Virus record (IMG/VR): IMGVR_UViG_3300026478_000318
Span: 1 to 52,330 of that record
Reading direction: 5' to 3' (one strand)
DNA: 52,330 nucleotides
DNA from: a virus
Taxonomy: Duplodnaviria > Caudoviricetes
Below the pieces are notes generated by a model. It saw only the letters and a program-made list of their open reading frames with translations, made no database searches and was not told where the DNA came from. This document shows, in pieces, positions 15,769-25,177 of the stretch. Position 1 is the stretch's first letter, and every line of letters starts with the position of its first letter. Made by a program: the position numbers and the translations under genes.

Positions 15769-16346
15769 AAAGCCTCCACTCTAAAATAGTTCTTATATAC
15801 TTCATATGGTATCACATTTGGGTCTACCCACCAGTCTTCGTGATAGTATCTTCTAACCAAAGAATAGCCCAAAGAGTGCAAAATTTCTCGTTGTGTGTCA
15901 CGCATTGATATATTTTTAAACTCAACAAGTGCATCGTGCTCAAAGGTAATAATAGAAAAGCGATAGGTATTTAATGGCAAGGCAATTAGGCCTAGTAGGG
16001 AAAGGTTTGGATTACCAACTGATCTACCAGCCTTATCATAGCCAGCATCTATGTCTACCTGTAAGTAGTCTATCTGTTTTGGAAAATTATTTTCTTCAAA
16101 ATATTTAACATAATTAAATTTAGTTGCATCACCCAACACGCAAGGGTTCTTTCTATTTTCTGTAATCTCTTTATGCCACTCTGGAACAATCTCAAAAGAG
16201 ACACCATTCCAGTCATGATCTTTTTCTAAATTATAAGTATTACTGCCTTGCTCAGAATGAAATGCACCCAACTCAACATAATATCCGTTTTTCTTTTGGT
16301 CTAAAATATTAAGTACAAAATCTTCTTGTGATGTATTTTTACGCAT
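15765..16346 (-). CDS. FkbM-like SAM methyltransferase
   Basis: SQE.FV...GYYVELGA.....SNT..LE....W.G...E, IDYLQVDID, ITFEH and EDWWV. Confidence 0.8.
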   Translation of the reverse strand: MRKNTSQEDFVLNILDQKKNGYYVELGAFHSEQGSNTYNLEKDHDWNGVSFEIVPEWHKEITENRKNPCVLGDATKFNYVKYFEENNFPKQIDYLQVDIDAGYDKAGRSVGNPNLSLLGLIALPLNTYRFSIITFEHDALVEFKNISMRDTQREILHSLGYSLVRRYYHEDWWVDPNVIPYEVYKNYFRVEAL

Positions 16347-16501
16347 TATCGTTTTGACTTTCTTAACTTAAATTTAGCAAGATATACATAAATGGTTTCC
16401 ACAGTTACACCACATTCCTTTGCTATCTCTTCTGCAGACTTCTTGTCAACATGGTATCTTTTTTTAAGCCATGCTTCGTTTGTATATAGTTTAGCACCCA
16501 T
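16346..16501 (-). CDS. 51-aa HTH DNA-binding protein (not in ORF track)
   Basis: Translates to MGAKLYTNEAWLKKRYHVDKKSAEEIAKECGVTVETIYVYLAKFKLRKSKR, with an AAGGAG SD. Confidence 0.8.
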   Translation of the reverse strand: MGAKLYTNEAWLKKRYHVDKKSAEEIAKECGVTVETIYVYLAKFKLRKSKR

Positions 16502-16503
16502 AA

Positions 16504-17118
16504 CTACTCCTTGTCAACTCCTACAGCCTTATGCCAGTTGTTAATAGCCCAGTGGCCTATACCGCAAGCATCTGCTACGTCATTATCTGTTATTTTTTTA
16601 TCATATATAACATCAAGCAATTTTATAGTCCTTTGTTTTCTAAACTCTCTTTCATATGACTTATACCAAGAATCTGATTTTCCAGGATTTACAGATCTAA
16701 TTTGAATCTGTTCTTCTTTAGTTAATCTTTTATTTCCTAAATAATTTTGCCAGGTTATAGGTGAAACTTTGCCAATAACCTTAATTCCAGATGACCCAGC
16801 CCCACCTAAGATTGCTCCTTGAATAAGGGCAAGATCTGCAGCAGTTTTAGGACTATTCATAAAAACTGTATGTTCAATTACAACTGCTTCTACTAAATTA
16901 TAATAATCAAACAAGGCTTTTGATTTTTTACAAGCATCAATAATTTTTTCATAAACATCTCTGCCATTAAAATTTATTTTTCCATAGCAGTCTAACTTTT
17001 TATATGAGTATATTGCAAAGGCAAGATTATTTGTACTAGCATCAATAGAACATACAACTCCAGGAATTGAAGATGGAGTGTTATGTAAATATCTACTTTC
17101 CTCGTTTGCTTTTGTCAT
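16504..17118 (-). CDS. ruvC: RuvC-like Holliday junction resolvase
   Basis: SIDAS, VVIEH and DVADACGI acidic catalytic pattern. Confidence 0.8.
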   Translation of the reverse strand: MTKANEESRYLHNTPSSIPGVVCSIDASTNNLAFAIYSYKKLDCYGKINFNGRDVYEKIIDACKKSKALFDYYNLVEAVVIEHTVFMNSPKTAADLALIQGAILGGAGSSGIKVIGKVSPITWQNYLGNKRLTKEEQIQIRSVNPGKSDSWYKSYEREFRKQRTIKLLDVIYDKKITDNDVADACGIGHWAINNWHKAVGVDKE

Positions 17119-17389
17119 TAGATAGTCCTTTAATTTGTTTTAATGCCTTTTTAACATCTAGAGGATTTACATTGCATTTATTACATAATGGCTCATCATT
17201 ATATATAGACAGTTTTTCTCCACACTGCCTGCAAACTCTGTTTTTGCCTTTACGCTTTTGTCTTCTAGTTTGTATATATCGTTGTGCTATTTTTTCTTTA
17301 GTTGCGTCTTCTCTACATGTTTCAGAACAATAAATTTGATAAGAAACACTTGATTCAAATTGATGATCGCACCATTTACAATTCTTCAT
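17093..17389 (-). CDS. Double zinc-finger protein
   Basis: CKWC..YCSETC and CRQC..CNKC. Confidence 0.75.
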   Translation of the reverse strand: MKNCKWCDHQFESSVSYQIYCSETCREDATKEKIAQRYIQTRRQKRKGKNRVCRQCGEKLSIYNDEPLCNKCNVNPLDVKKALKQIKGLSNDKSKRGK

Positions 17390-18233
17390 CTTGCAGTAAC
17401 TCCAGAGGTTTAATTTTAATTACCCCTGTCTCTGCTTCAGCACATGCTTTTTGAATTGGACAATTCTTGCATATCTTGGAATTAGATCTATATGGCTTCT
17501 GTGGAAGTTGTTGATCTTTCCAAGTTTTATATACTTCTTTCATCCAATCAAAAGCCTGGTCTACCCACCGACGGTAATGATCGTTTACTACTACTGGTAA
17601 AGTTAGCAACTCATGATTATTTTTATTTTCATAAATCAGTACACCCTTGCCAACTTTCCAAACCTTCATATAAATAAGCAACTGCATAAGATGTCCCATC
17701 TTAGGCTTTTTGCTATTCTTTTTATATTCAAATCCTTCATTAGAAATTGTCTTAATTTCTCCAACAACACGCTCATCATTAATATTAAGCATTACATCGC
17801 CATAGCCATCAAAAGGAGGATCTTCTGTTTTCACTCTAAATTCCATTGCTGGATGTGTTTGTTTATTATATTTTCTTGGAAGCGGATCCATTTCCATTGT
17901 AGTATCCAATAGACCAGAAGCCTCGATTGCTCCCTGAATTCTTTCGTGACCTAAAGTTCCATTGGTTCTATTTGCTACACCGTGTGCATCTGAGTTATCA
18001 TGATGTACTTGACCATCAAATGCAAGATACCAATATCTTGGACATTCTCCATGATTATATGTTAGTGTAGAGGCTGAGAAATTACTTTTTTTGCTAAACC
18101 TTGGCTTAGTTTGAACCATATATCCAGATTCTATCTTTTCAATAAGCCCATCTGCAAAACTATAGTCTTCACTAGTTTCTCGTTTTGTTTCAGTCTTTTT
18201 GACCATAACTTGTTTTAATAAATTTTTTGTCAT
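17376..18233 (-). CDS. Cas4-like (PD-(D/E)XK) exonuclease
   Basis: CPR near the N-terminus, G.GD, EIKT, QL..Y, and a C-terminal CKNCPIQKAC Fe-S motif. Confidence 0.87.
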   Translation of the reverse strand: MTKNLLKQVMVKKTETKRETSEDYSFADGLIEKIESGYMVQTKPRFSKKSNFSASTLTYNHGECPRYWYLAFDGQVHHDNSDAHGVANRTNGTLGHERIQGAIEASGLLDTTMEMDPLPRKYNKQTHPAMEFRVKTEDPPFDGYGDVMLNINDERVVGEIKTISNEGFEYKKNSKKPKMGHLMQLLIYMKVWKVGKGVLIYENKNNHELLTLPVVVNDHYRRWVDQAFDWMKEVYKTWKDQQLPQKPYRSNSKICKNCPIQKACAEAETGVIKIKPLELLQDEEL

Positions 18234-18254
18234 TGTTATCCTTTGTTTGTACTA

Positions 18255-18263
18255 AGTATATCA
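18255..18263 (-). promoter_or_regulatory. Extended -10 (TGATATACT)
   Basis: Intergenic, upstream of an AAGGA SD. Confidence 0.65.
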
Positions 18264-18267
18264 GATA

Positions 18268-18573
18268 TCAGCGAGTGATGTATTTGAGAGCAGACACTAA
18301 GTTATTAATTGATTCTGCTGCTGTATAGTAAAGATTCTTCTTTCCTCTGTCTGACTTGTCCACATTAGCCATCCATGTTGCCTTGAAGGCCATCTTTGCT
18401 GCAATGGCCTGTAGCCTTACAATTTCTACCGTAGCCACGTTCATGGGGATGTCTGGCTTGATAATAATCTTAGCAATAAAGGTCAAGGCTGTTGTTAATT
18501 CCTCGTCCTCCATATATTCTGCTATTTCTGACAAACCATTTACCATCTCAAGTGTTGTATTATTCTGTTCCAT
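18268..18573 (-). CDS. Hypothetical helical protein (recombination module)
   Basis: Packed between the nuclease genes. Confidence 0.75.
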   Translation of the reverse strand: MEQNNTTLEMVNGLSEIAEYMEDEELTTALTFIAKIIIKPDIPMNVATVEIVRLQAIAAKMAFKATWMANVDKSDRGKKNLYYTAAESINNLVSALKYITR

Positions 18574-18850
18574 TATTCACCATCTGTTCTAGTAGTTCTA
18601 ACTCTATTATAGCAAGCCTTACCTTCTTGCTTCCCTCGCCCAAGACAACAAATATGGCTGGGTCATTACCATTTCTAATTGCGTCTGTGACTGCCTTAGC
18701 CCACACATCTTGGTTTAATGTAAAAGATTTTGAGTTTTCTTTAAAGTCTACTGTAAAATTTTGCCATGTTGCATCACCCTTTTTGGTATTTCTACCAGAA
18801 TTTTTGTGCTGCTTGGCACCAATCCTTTTACTCTCGTTCTTTTCGCTCAT
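18560..18850 (-). CDS. Hjc-like PD-(D/E)XK resolvase/nuclease
   Basis: E......GA..HKNSGR...KGDA......VDFKE pattern. Confidence 0.65.
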   Translation of the reverse strand: MSEKNESKRIGAKQHKNSGRNTKKGDATWQNFTVDFKENSKSFTLNQDVWAKAVTDAIRNGNDPAIFVVLGEGSKKVRLAIIELELLEQMVNNGTE

Positions 18851-19019
18851 TAACCTTTTTCTTTCCGTAGCCGACCTTAAATAACTGTACTTCAGATAAA
18901 TGTTTTTCAGAACACATCCAGGTTGCCATGCCAGTGGACAGATACACTCTTATTGTTTTTACTTCTTGTTTACAAACCTTACAAGGAAACTTGCCCTCAT
19001 AAACAGAATATTTATTCAC
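18828..19019 (-). CDS. Small zinc-ribbon protein
   Basis: CKVC...CSEKH. Confidence 0.7.
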   Translation of the reverse strand: MNKYSVYEGKFPCKVCKQEVKTIRVYLSTGMATWMCSEKHLSEVQLFKVGYGKKKVNERKERE

Positions 19020-20025
19020 TGATTTTATTCTTAATCATAGTTTGAAGATCAAGATCCTCTCGTACTCTTGCTATAAATGCTTCTCTACCCTGAACCTTTG
19101 TACCGTCTTCGAGTTGATACCATGCTCCAGTTCTGTTTATGATGCCAAGTGATTCAGCAGTGTCACAAAGATCACCGATAGAATCAATGCCCACAGAATC
19201 GCCTCTAAAATAGAAATCATATTCACCAGACTGAAAAGCAGGAGAAGTTTTCGAAAACTGGAGTTCCCATCTAACCTTTCTACCAACCTTTTCTTCAATA
19301 GCCTTGTCACCAACATATATTTTTCCCTTCAATGCTTGATTATCTGATTCTGACGAAAATAGTTTAACAACAGTCGAGGAATAAAACTTAGTAGCCTGAC
19401 CACCTGTAGGCTGCTGGCTAGTATACATAGCATTAATATTATTGCGAGACTGGCTAATAAGGATAAGCAAAGTAGGCTTAACTTTATTGTTAGCATAATT
19501 AAGCATTTTCCATGCGTTGCTAAAATCACGAGATTCTGCACCAATTTGCTTTGTGTTTTCAAGTTGCTTAAGTTCCTCTGAATCCTTTTCGAAATATATC
19601 GCTGGTAACAGAGAAGTAATCGAATCAACAACAATGATATCAACTCCTGCCTCTATAAGATTAACTCCGACGTCAACCATTTCATTGATTGTTCTTGCTT
19701 GTGAAACAATCAGTTTAGATGTATCTACACCCAACTTTTCTGCCCATGCTTTATCGTATGACATTTCTGCATCAATCCATGCACAGATCTTGCCTTCTTG
19801 CTGTGCAAGTGCTATGGTTTGAAGACATAAAGAAGATTTAGCGCTTGACTTACTACCCCAAACCAAAACCTGTCTTCCATAAGGCAAGCCTCCGTTTAGA
19901 GCACGGTTAAGTCCAAAACTTGGTGTTGATGCATATTCTGTTTTTGGAACCTCATCTCCAACCAATATACTTTTTCTTAACTTAGGATTTAATTGTTTTA
20001 ATACATCTTCTACGCTAACTGACAC
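19012..20025 (-). CDS. recA: RecA-like recombinase
   Basis: GGLPYGR, Walker A variant GSKSSAKS, WIDAE, IVVDS, SQ.R, GG.ATKFYSS and GAWY. Confidence 0.93.
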   Translation of the reverse strand: MSVSVEDVLKQLNPKLRKSILVGDEVPKTEYASTPSFGLNRALNGGLPYGRQVLVWGSKSSAKSSLCLQTIALAQQEGKICAWIDAEMSYDKAWAEKLGVDTSKLIVSQARTINEMVDVGVNLIEAGVDIIVVDSITSLLPAIYFEKDSEELKQLENTKQIGAESRDFSNAWKMLNYANNKVKPTLLILISQSRNNINAMYTSQQPTGGQATKFYSSTVVKLFSSESDNQALKGKIYVGDKAIEEKVGRKVRWELQFSKTSPAFQSGEYDFYFRGDSVGIDSIGDLCDTAESLGIINRTGAWYQLEDGTKVQGREAFIARVREDLDLQTMIKNKISE

Positions 20026-23000
20026 TTACGTCCTCCAATATCACAGTTCCCTCTTTGGTTTTGCCTAATTCAAAATTATAGGCATGACCTTCTTCAATTT
20101 TCATATATGCTTTAGCAAATGCTGTAGGAAATACAGTAACAGAGTGTAGATCTCTAGATGTATCTGCCAAAGTTAGTGAAGCCATTTTTTTACCTGCTTT
20201 AGTTATTCTTGGTTTAAATGATACCACAAATAACTCTTCGTCTTTATACGGAAGCATTCTATAGTTTAAAAACTTAATAAGTGCAGAATCAGACCCTTTG
20301 ATTTCATCTACAGGAACAGCAGACACAATTCGATTATCAGTACAGAGTGCAATATAACTTCGTCCAGCCTCAATTGTAGTTTGTTCTTCATCAAATACAC
20401 CTATGCTTCCTGTTTTATCTAAAATCTCAACACGAGACCAACCCTTGCCACGCTTAATACCCTTAACCATACCCATTAAAATAAAGGATCCCTTTTCTTC
20501 AAACTCTTCAACTGGATTTATGAAAGCATGAAAATGTGATGGAACTGTTTGGGTAAATTCTGGTAGGCCAAGGTACTCGTAAAGATTTTCACGAATTTCA
20601 TCATCATTCCTTGGATTATCTGGAAATGTTGCAGCACCAATAATTCTTAATGCCTCTAACGCTCTACTGTTGACTCCATTACCTTTTGTAAATGTAAAGG
20701 TTTTAACTTCCTCGAAAGACTTAAAAGGTCGTGCCGATATATATCGTTCTGCAATCTTATCAGAGATAAACTTGATCCCCGACAATCCAAACCGAATACC
20801 TTTACCCTCAATTTTAAAATCAATATCCGAATCGTTAATGTGAGGTAGTTTAATGCTAATCCCCATTCTTTTCGCTTCAATAAGATATTCAGTTCTCGCA
20901 TCTTTGTCCCTTTCATTTTTTAATAACGAGTACATAAACTCAATTGGATAATAATATTTTAGCCACGCCGTCCAATACGAGAGCGTAGAGTAAGCAACCG
21001 CATGAGACTTGTTGAACGAATAACCCGCATGCGCCTCAAAGTCATGCCATAAATCACGAGCCTGATTAGGGCTAACATACTTAGAAGCACCATCAACGAA
21101 CCTATCACGAAATACATCAAACTCCCTCGCATCCTTTTTCTTACCAATAATCTTACGAACCTTATCAGCCTCAGACCAAGACATTCCACCTAGTTCTACG
21201 CAAGCCTGCATAACCTGTTCTTGATATAGGATACATCCATAGGTCTCTTCAGTAAATGGCTTCATTGTTTGATGTAGATAGTTTACTGCCTGTCTACCGT
21301 GCTTTCTCTCAATATAATCTTTTCCGATAGTATTCATAGCACCTGGACGAACCAAAGCGTTTGAAGCAGAAAGTTCTGCTAAATTTTTTACACCCATCTT
21401 AATAAGAAGATTTGTATATGGGGTTGCTTCACATTGAAACACACCCTTTGTATATCCCTCAGAAAGCATCTGATATACCTTTTGATCTTCCATATCGATC
21501 TTAAGCAAATCGATTTCAGTGCCTTCTCGTTCCTTAATTATTTTAATGGTGTCATTAATAACACTTAATGTTTTAAGTCCAAGTGCGTCGATTTTGATGA
21601 GACCAATTTTTTCTGCTTCTTCCATATCAACTGCCACAACAGGAATACGCTCATCGGAACCAGGAGAATTACGTGTCTCCAACGGTGCGTACCTAAAAAT
21701 AGGATTTTTGCTAGTGACAACACCAGCAGCGTGTATACCAGTACCTCTAATACGACCACGAAGTTGTTCCCCATATTGTTCCACCTCTGGATATTTCTCT
21801 CTAAACCATGCAGTTGTTTTTGAGGTGCAATACTCATCCCAAGTATCTACCAACTTTAACACCTTATTAACATCTACCAACGGGATATTTAGTGCACGAG
21901 CAACATCTCGTACCACACCTTTATCTTTAAATTCTAAGAATGTAGCAATAGAAGCAACATGCTTATATTGTCTTACAAGATAATCTTTGACTTCATCACG
22001 ACGAGAGTCTTGAATATCAGTATCAATATCTGGAAAGTCATTACGTTCAGGATTAATAAAACGGAAAAAGAGTAGTCCGTGTTGAATTGGATCAATATCT
22101 GTAATGCCTAGAGCATAACATAACAATGATCCTGCTGCAGAACCACGTCCAGGACCAACCATGATGCCTTCTTTCTTTGCCCAAGCAATCATGCTTTGAA
22201 CAACAAGGAAGTATGGTCCAAACTTTTTATCTTTAATGACGGTTAACTCTTCATTAAGTCTATCTAGATATTTTTGATTTGTATCAAGTCCCTTTTCAGC
22301 CAAACCTGCGAGAGCCAAATCCTCTAGTTGTTTATCTGGATTTTTATATTGAACTGGAAGTAAATTTAAATTATCTTTGATATCATAGTCTTCAATTTTA
22401 TTTGCAAGATCAATTGTATTTTCATAAATATCTGTTCTCCATACTGCTTGCTTCTCCATAGCAGCCTGAATCTCTTCATATGAAAGTAGATGAATATCAA
22501 ACTTATTAAATGACATTTGTCTATCTTCACCGTATAGGTAGTCAAGGCGTTTCATTAAACTGCCCTGTTTTTTAGACTTATCGTATGTTGCGTCTTTTTG
22601 AATTTTGTTTGAGTAGGTATTTAGAATAAGTTTTAACTCTTGAATTTCTTTTTGTGACGGATCTACATGGTGGCAGTCTGGAGTAACAATTGGCTTAACC
22701 TTAAACTCATCAGCAAGTAAAAGAATATTGCGATTAATAGACTCATCGTTATGTGGCATTACTTCAAGATAATAGTCGTCGCCAAACTCTTCTTTAAACC
22801 ACTTGATATATTTCTTTGCCATGCCAAGTTCGCCAAGTTCGATTGACTTAGCGATAATTCCACTAGGGCATGCTGACGAAACAATAATGCCTTCTTTATA
22901 TTTTGATAATATTTCAAAATCAATTCTAGGCTTTTTGTAATAACCTTCAGTCCATGCAAGTTCGTTTAGTTTGTTTAGGTTTTCTAAACCTACCTGATTC

Positions 23001-23293
23001 TTGGCTAGAAGAATTATATGGTTGTACACCATGTCTAATGGGGTAGTGCGATCTTCTTTGTCTCTTCTATCAAAGCGATCCTCACACATATAACCTTCTA
23101 TGCCAAGAATAGGCTTAATACCATTTGCTTTTGCAACACGATACATCTCTCTGTGTCCAGAAAGGGAACCGTGATCTGTAATCGCTATTGCAGGCATACC
23201 CAATTTAACGGCACGATCTACATATTCAGAAGGTATTCCAATACCGTCAAATAATGAGAAGTGAGTATGTAAGTGTAATGGTACGTAATTCAT
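20015..23293 (-). CDS. dnaE: DNA polymerase III alpha subunit (family C)
   Basis: PHP motifs HLHTHFS and AITDHG, then GPGRGSAAGS, PDIDTD, GIHAAG, KIDALGL and YSFNKSH. Confidence 0.97.
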   Translation of the reverse strand: MNYVPLHLHTHFSLFDGIGIPSEYVDRAVKLGMPAIAITDHGSLSGHREMYRVAKANGIKPILGIEGYMCEDRFDRRDKEDRTTPLDMVYNHIILLAKNQVGLENLNKLNELAWTEGYYKKPRIDFEILSKYKEGIIVSSACPSGIIAKSIELGELGMAKKYIKWFKEEFGDDYYLEVMPHNDESINRNILLLADEFKVKPIVTPDCHHVDPSQKEIQELKLILNTYSNKIQKDATYDKSKKQGSLMKRLDYLYGEDRQMSFNKFDIHLLSYEEIQAAMEKQAVWRTDIYENTIDLANKIEDYDIKDNLNLLPVQYKNPDKQLEDLALAGLAEKGLDTNQKYLDRLNEELTVIKDKKFGPYFLVVQSMIAWAKKEGIMVGPGRGSAAGSLLCYALGITDIDPIQHGLLFFRFINPERNDFPDIDTDIQDSRRDEVKDYLVRQYKHVASIATFLEFKDKGVVRDVARALNIPLVDVNKVLKLVDTWDEYCTSKTTAWFREKYPEVEQYGEQLRGRIRGTGIHAAGVVTSKNPIFRYAPLETRNSPGSDERIPVVAVDMEEAEKIGLIKIDALGLKTLSVINDTIKIIKEREGTEIDLLKIDMEDQKVYQMLSEGYTKGVFQCEATPYTNLLIKMGVKNLAELSASNALVRPGAMNTIGKDYIERKHGRQAVNYLHQTMKPFTEETYGCILYQEQVMQACVELGGMSWSEADKVRKIIGKKKDAREFDVFRDRFVDGASKYVSPNQARDLWHDFEAHAGYSFNKSHAVAYSTLSYWTAWLKYYYPIEFMYSLLKNERDKDARTEYLIEAKRMGISIKLPHINDSDIDFKIEGKGIRFGLSGIKFISDKIAERYISARPFKSFEEVKTFTFTKGNGVNSRALEALRIIGAATFPDNPRNDDEIRENLYEYLGLPEFTQTVPSHFHAFINPVEEFEEKGSFILMGMVKGIKRGKGWSRVEILDKTGSIGVFDEEQTTIEAGRSYIALCTDNRIVSAVPVDEIKGSDSALIKFLNYRMLPYKDEELFVVSFKPRITKAGKKMASLTLADTSRDLHSVTVFPTAFAKAYMKIEEGHAYNFELGKTKEGTVILEDVSVS

Positions 23294-23296
23294 CTA

Positions 23297-23959
23297 CTAC
23301 CAGTCGATATTCGTCGCTGAAGTAGCAGAAGGTGAATCAAATCCAAGATAGAATGCTTCCTGTTCAGCATATGGAACACGACGCAATGCCTTCTCTAGTG
23401 GATATGGCTCAATGCCTTCCCAATTGAATGGCTCCTTATCTGGAGCAGAAGGAATTAAAGTGTATGATGTTTCAGTACCCTGACCATTACGCTTTAACTT
23501 CCAGGTGATGTTTGAGATGCTTCCTGTTTCAAGAGCATACTCACGAATAGTGTTAAATGAAGATTGCTTGCTAACACCCATAGACCAAATAGCAACATAA
23601 GGCTTTTCCTCAATGCCATCGTCTACTAGAACGTTGCAATAGAAACGAAGACGACCACGCCATCCACTGTTACCCTTTGGATCTTTGCGGTACATTTCTT
23701 CAGCCCAGTCACGACCTTCTGTATCTAAAGTATCTACAGCCTTACGCTTGTAGTCCTTTGGATTTGTGTGTTCCTTTACAACAAGTGCAAGACCACGCTT
23801 TTCATTATAGTTTGCAGAGTCTTCATCCAATTCTTCAATGAATCGAATCTTTACTGCTTGTCCATCAGCCAACTTAAGCCAACGAACCTTTGGCCCAGTT
23901 TCATCTGTTTTCTTATCGAGCAGGGCATTGATATTTTTTAGTCCCTTAATAACGCTCAT
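23297..23959 (-). CDS. Single-stranded DNA-binding protein (gp32-like)
   Basis: WLKL.DG...IRF, KLKRNGQGTETSY and an acidic/aromatic C-terminus (IDW), located between primase and polymerase. Confidence 0.7.
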   Translation of the reverse strand: MSVIKGLKNINALLDKKTDETGPKVRWLKLADGQAVKIRFIEELDEDSANYNEKRGLALVVKEHTNPKDYKRKAVDTLDTEGRDWAEEMYRKDPKGNSGWRGRLRFYCNVLVDDGIEEKPYVAIWSMGVSKQSSFNTIREYALETGSISNITWKLKRNGQGTETSYTLIPSAPDKEPFNWEGIEPYPLEKALRRVPYAEQEAFYLGFDSPSATSATNIDW

Positions 23960-23979
23960 AGTTTTCTCCTTTGTTTATC

Positions 23980-24924
23980 CTAGTTTAGCATAGACACTAT
24001 TGATTTGTCAAACTGATATTCTAGTTCTTTTATTGACTTATCGTCCATATCGCCTATGTCTTTATATTGTTTGTCTAAATTAATTACAGTAACAATTCCA
24101 CCCAGTCTTTCAACAATTCTGTCTTTCATGTTACCGCCAGCCTCATCATTATCAGCAATAACAATTATATCACTGAAGTACTTTTGAAGCAAGTCTATTT
24201 GTTTAGAAGATACGTTGGCTCCCAGCGTAGCAACGGCAGGAAAGCCAACCTGATCTAATCTTATGGCATCAAATGATGATTCTACAACGTATACCTTGGA
24301 TGCCGTCTTAACTCTATTTAAATTAAATAATAACTTTGATTTAGGAAGTTTGGTTGTATTCTTAAAGTCTTTACCTTCAACGGATCTTGCTACGAACCCA
24401 ACGCACAAGCCTTCATGATTTTGTACTGGAATTGTAATCATGTCCTGGTTTTCAGAATACCCTAATTTAAATTTAACTACGGAGTCTTTGGTTAGTTTAC
24501 GTTTAATAAAATATTCTTTTGCTCTATCTGAAACAAGGGCTTGCTCGTGTAGTCTTTGAACAATAGAAGCATCAAACTCTGGCCACTCTTCTTTATCTAC
24601 TAACTTATTGTTGACTTCAGATAAAATATCAGTTTCAACTTCTTTGCTCTTAATAAATCTAATAGATTCAAAATATGTCCTATTAGAAAAATGCATTACC
24701 AACTCAATAAGGTCAGCAGTCTTACTACATGAAAAACAGAAAAACAATCCAGTGTATTTATTTATTTCAGCAGCAGGGGTGCGGTGGTTTGAATGAAAAG
24801 GACAAAAAACAATATATTCTGATTCTGCTTCTTTTTCTACAGTTACGCCAGACCCTGCGAGTACTCGTTTAACTTGGCTGGCTGTGTATATATTGGTTTG
24901 ATTCCGTCTATCCCTATTATCCAT
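23980..24924 (-). CDS. dnaG: DNA primase
   Basis: CPFH...CFSC zinc finger and TOPRIM motifs VVESSFDA and ADNDEAG. Confidence 0.92.
   Translation of the reverse strand: MDNRDRRNQTNIYTASQVKRVLAGSGVTVEKEAESEYIVFCPFHSNHRTPAAEINKYTGLFFCFSCSKTADLIELVMHFSNRTYFESIRFIKSKEVETDILSEVNNKLVDKEEWPEFDASIVQRLHEQALVSDRAKEYFIKRKLTKDSVVKFKLGYSENQDMITIPVQNHEGLCVGFVARSVEGKDFKNTTKLPKSKLLFNLNRVKTASKVYVVESSFDAIRLDQVGFPAVATLGANVSSKQIDLLQKYFSDIIVIADNDEAGGNMKDRIVERLGGIVTVINLDKQYKDIGDMDDKSIKELEYQFDKSIVSMLN
23982..24011 (-). promoter_or_regulatory. Promoter TTGACA-18-TAAACT with TG extension
   Basis: -35 at 24006-24011 and TGCTAAACT at 23982-23990, followed by an AAGGAG SD. Confidence 0.65.
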
Positions 24925-25169
24925 TCTGCTCTTTTTCTCCCTATATATATTCCGTATACGCTTAATGTAAATTCAAAGTAATTTTTTTGTTCGTTGTATG
25001 ATAATGTAAAGTGTGGATCAATGTCAAGTCTTGGAGCATAGCCTGATAGTCGCATCTCAGATACCAAGAGTTTGGTATATTCTTGCTGCAATCTATAGAT
25101 AGCGGAGTCATCAATGATGATCCCGTCTAATCCAAACCTTTTTATAGGTTTGTGATGAAATAACTCCAT
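24843..25169 (-). CDS. Hypothetical protein
   Basis: TATAAT (25177-25182) lies 7 nt upstream of the ATG. The 3' end overlaps the primase 5' end. Confidence 0.7.
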   Translation of the reverse strand: MELFHHKPIKRFGLDGIIIDDSAIYRLQQEYTKLLVSEMRLSGYAPRLDIDPHFTLSYNEQKNYFEFTLSVYGIYIGRKRAEWIIGIDGIKPIYTQPAKLNEYSQGLA

Positions 25170-25177
25170 GTGGCATA

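Noticed and set aside
17376-18233. Cas4-like gene as evidence of a CRISPR-Cas system
   Set aside because: No repeat-spacer array or other cas genes are seen, and the context is phage recombination.
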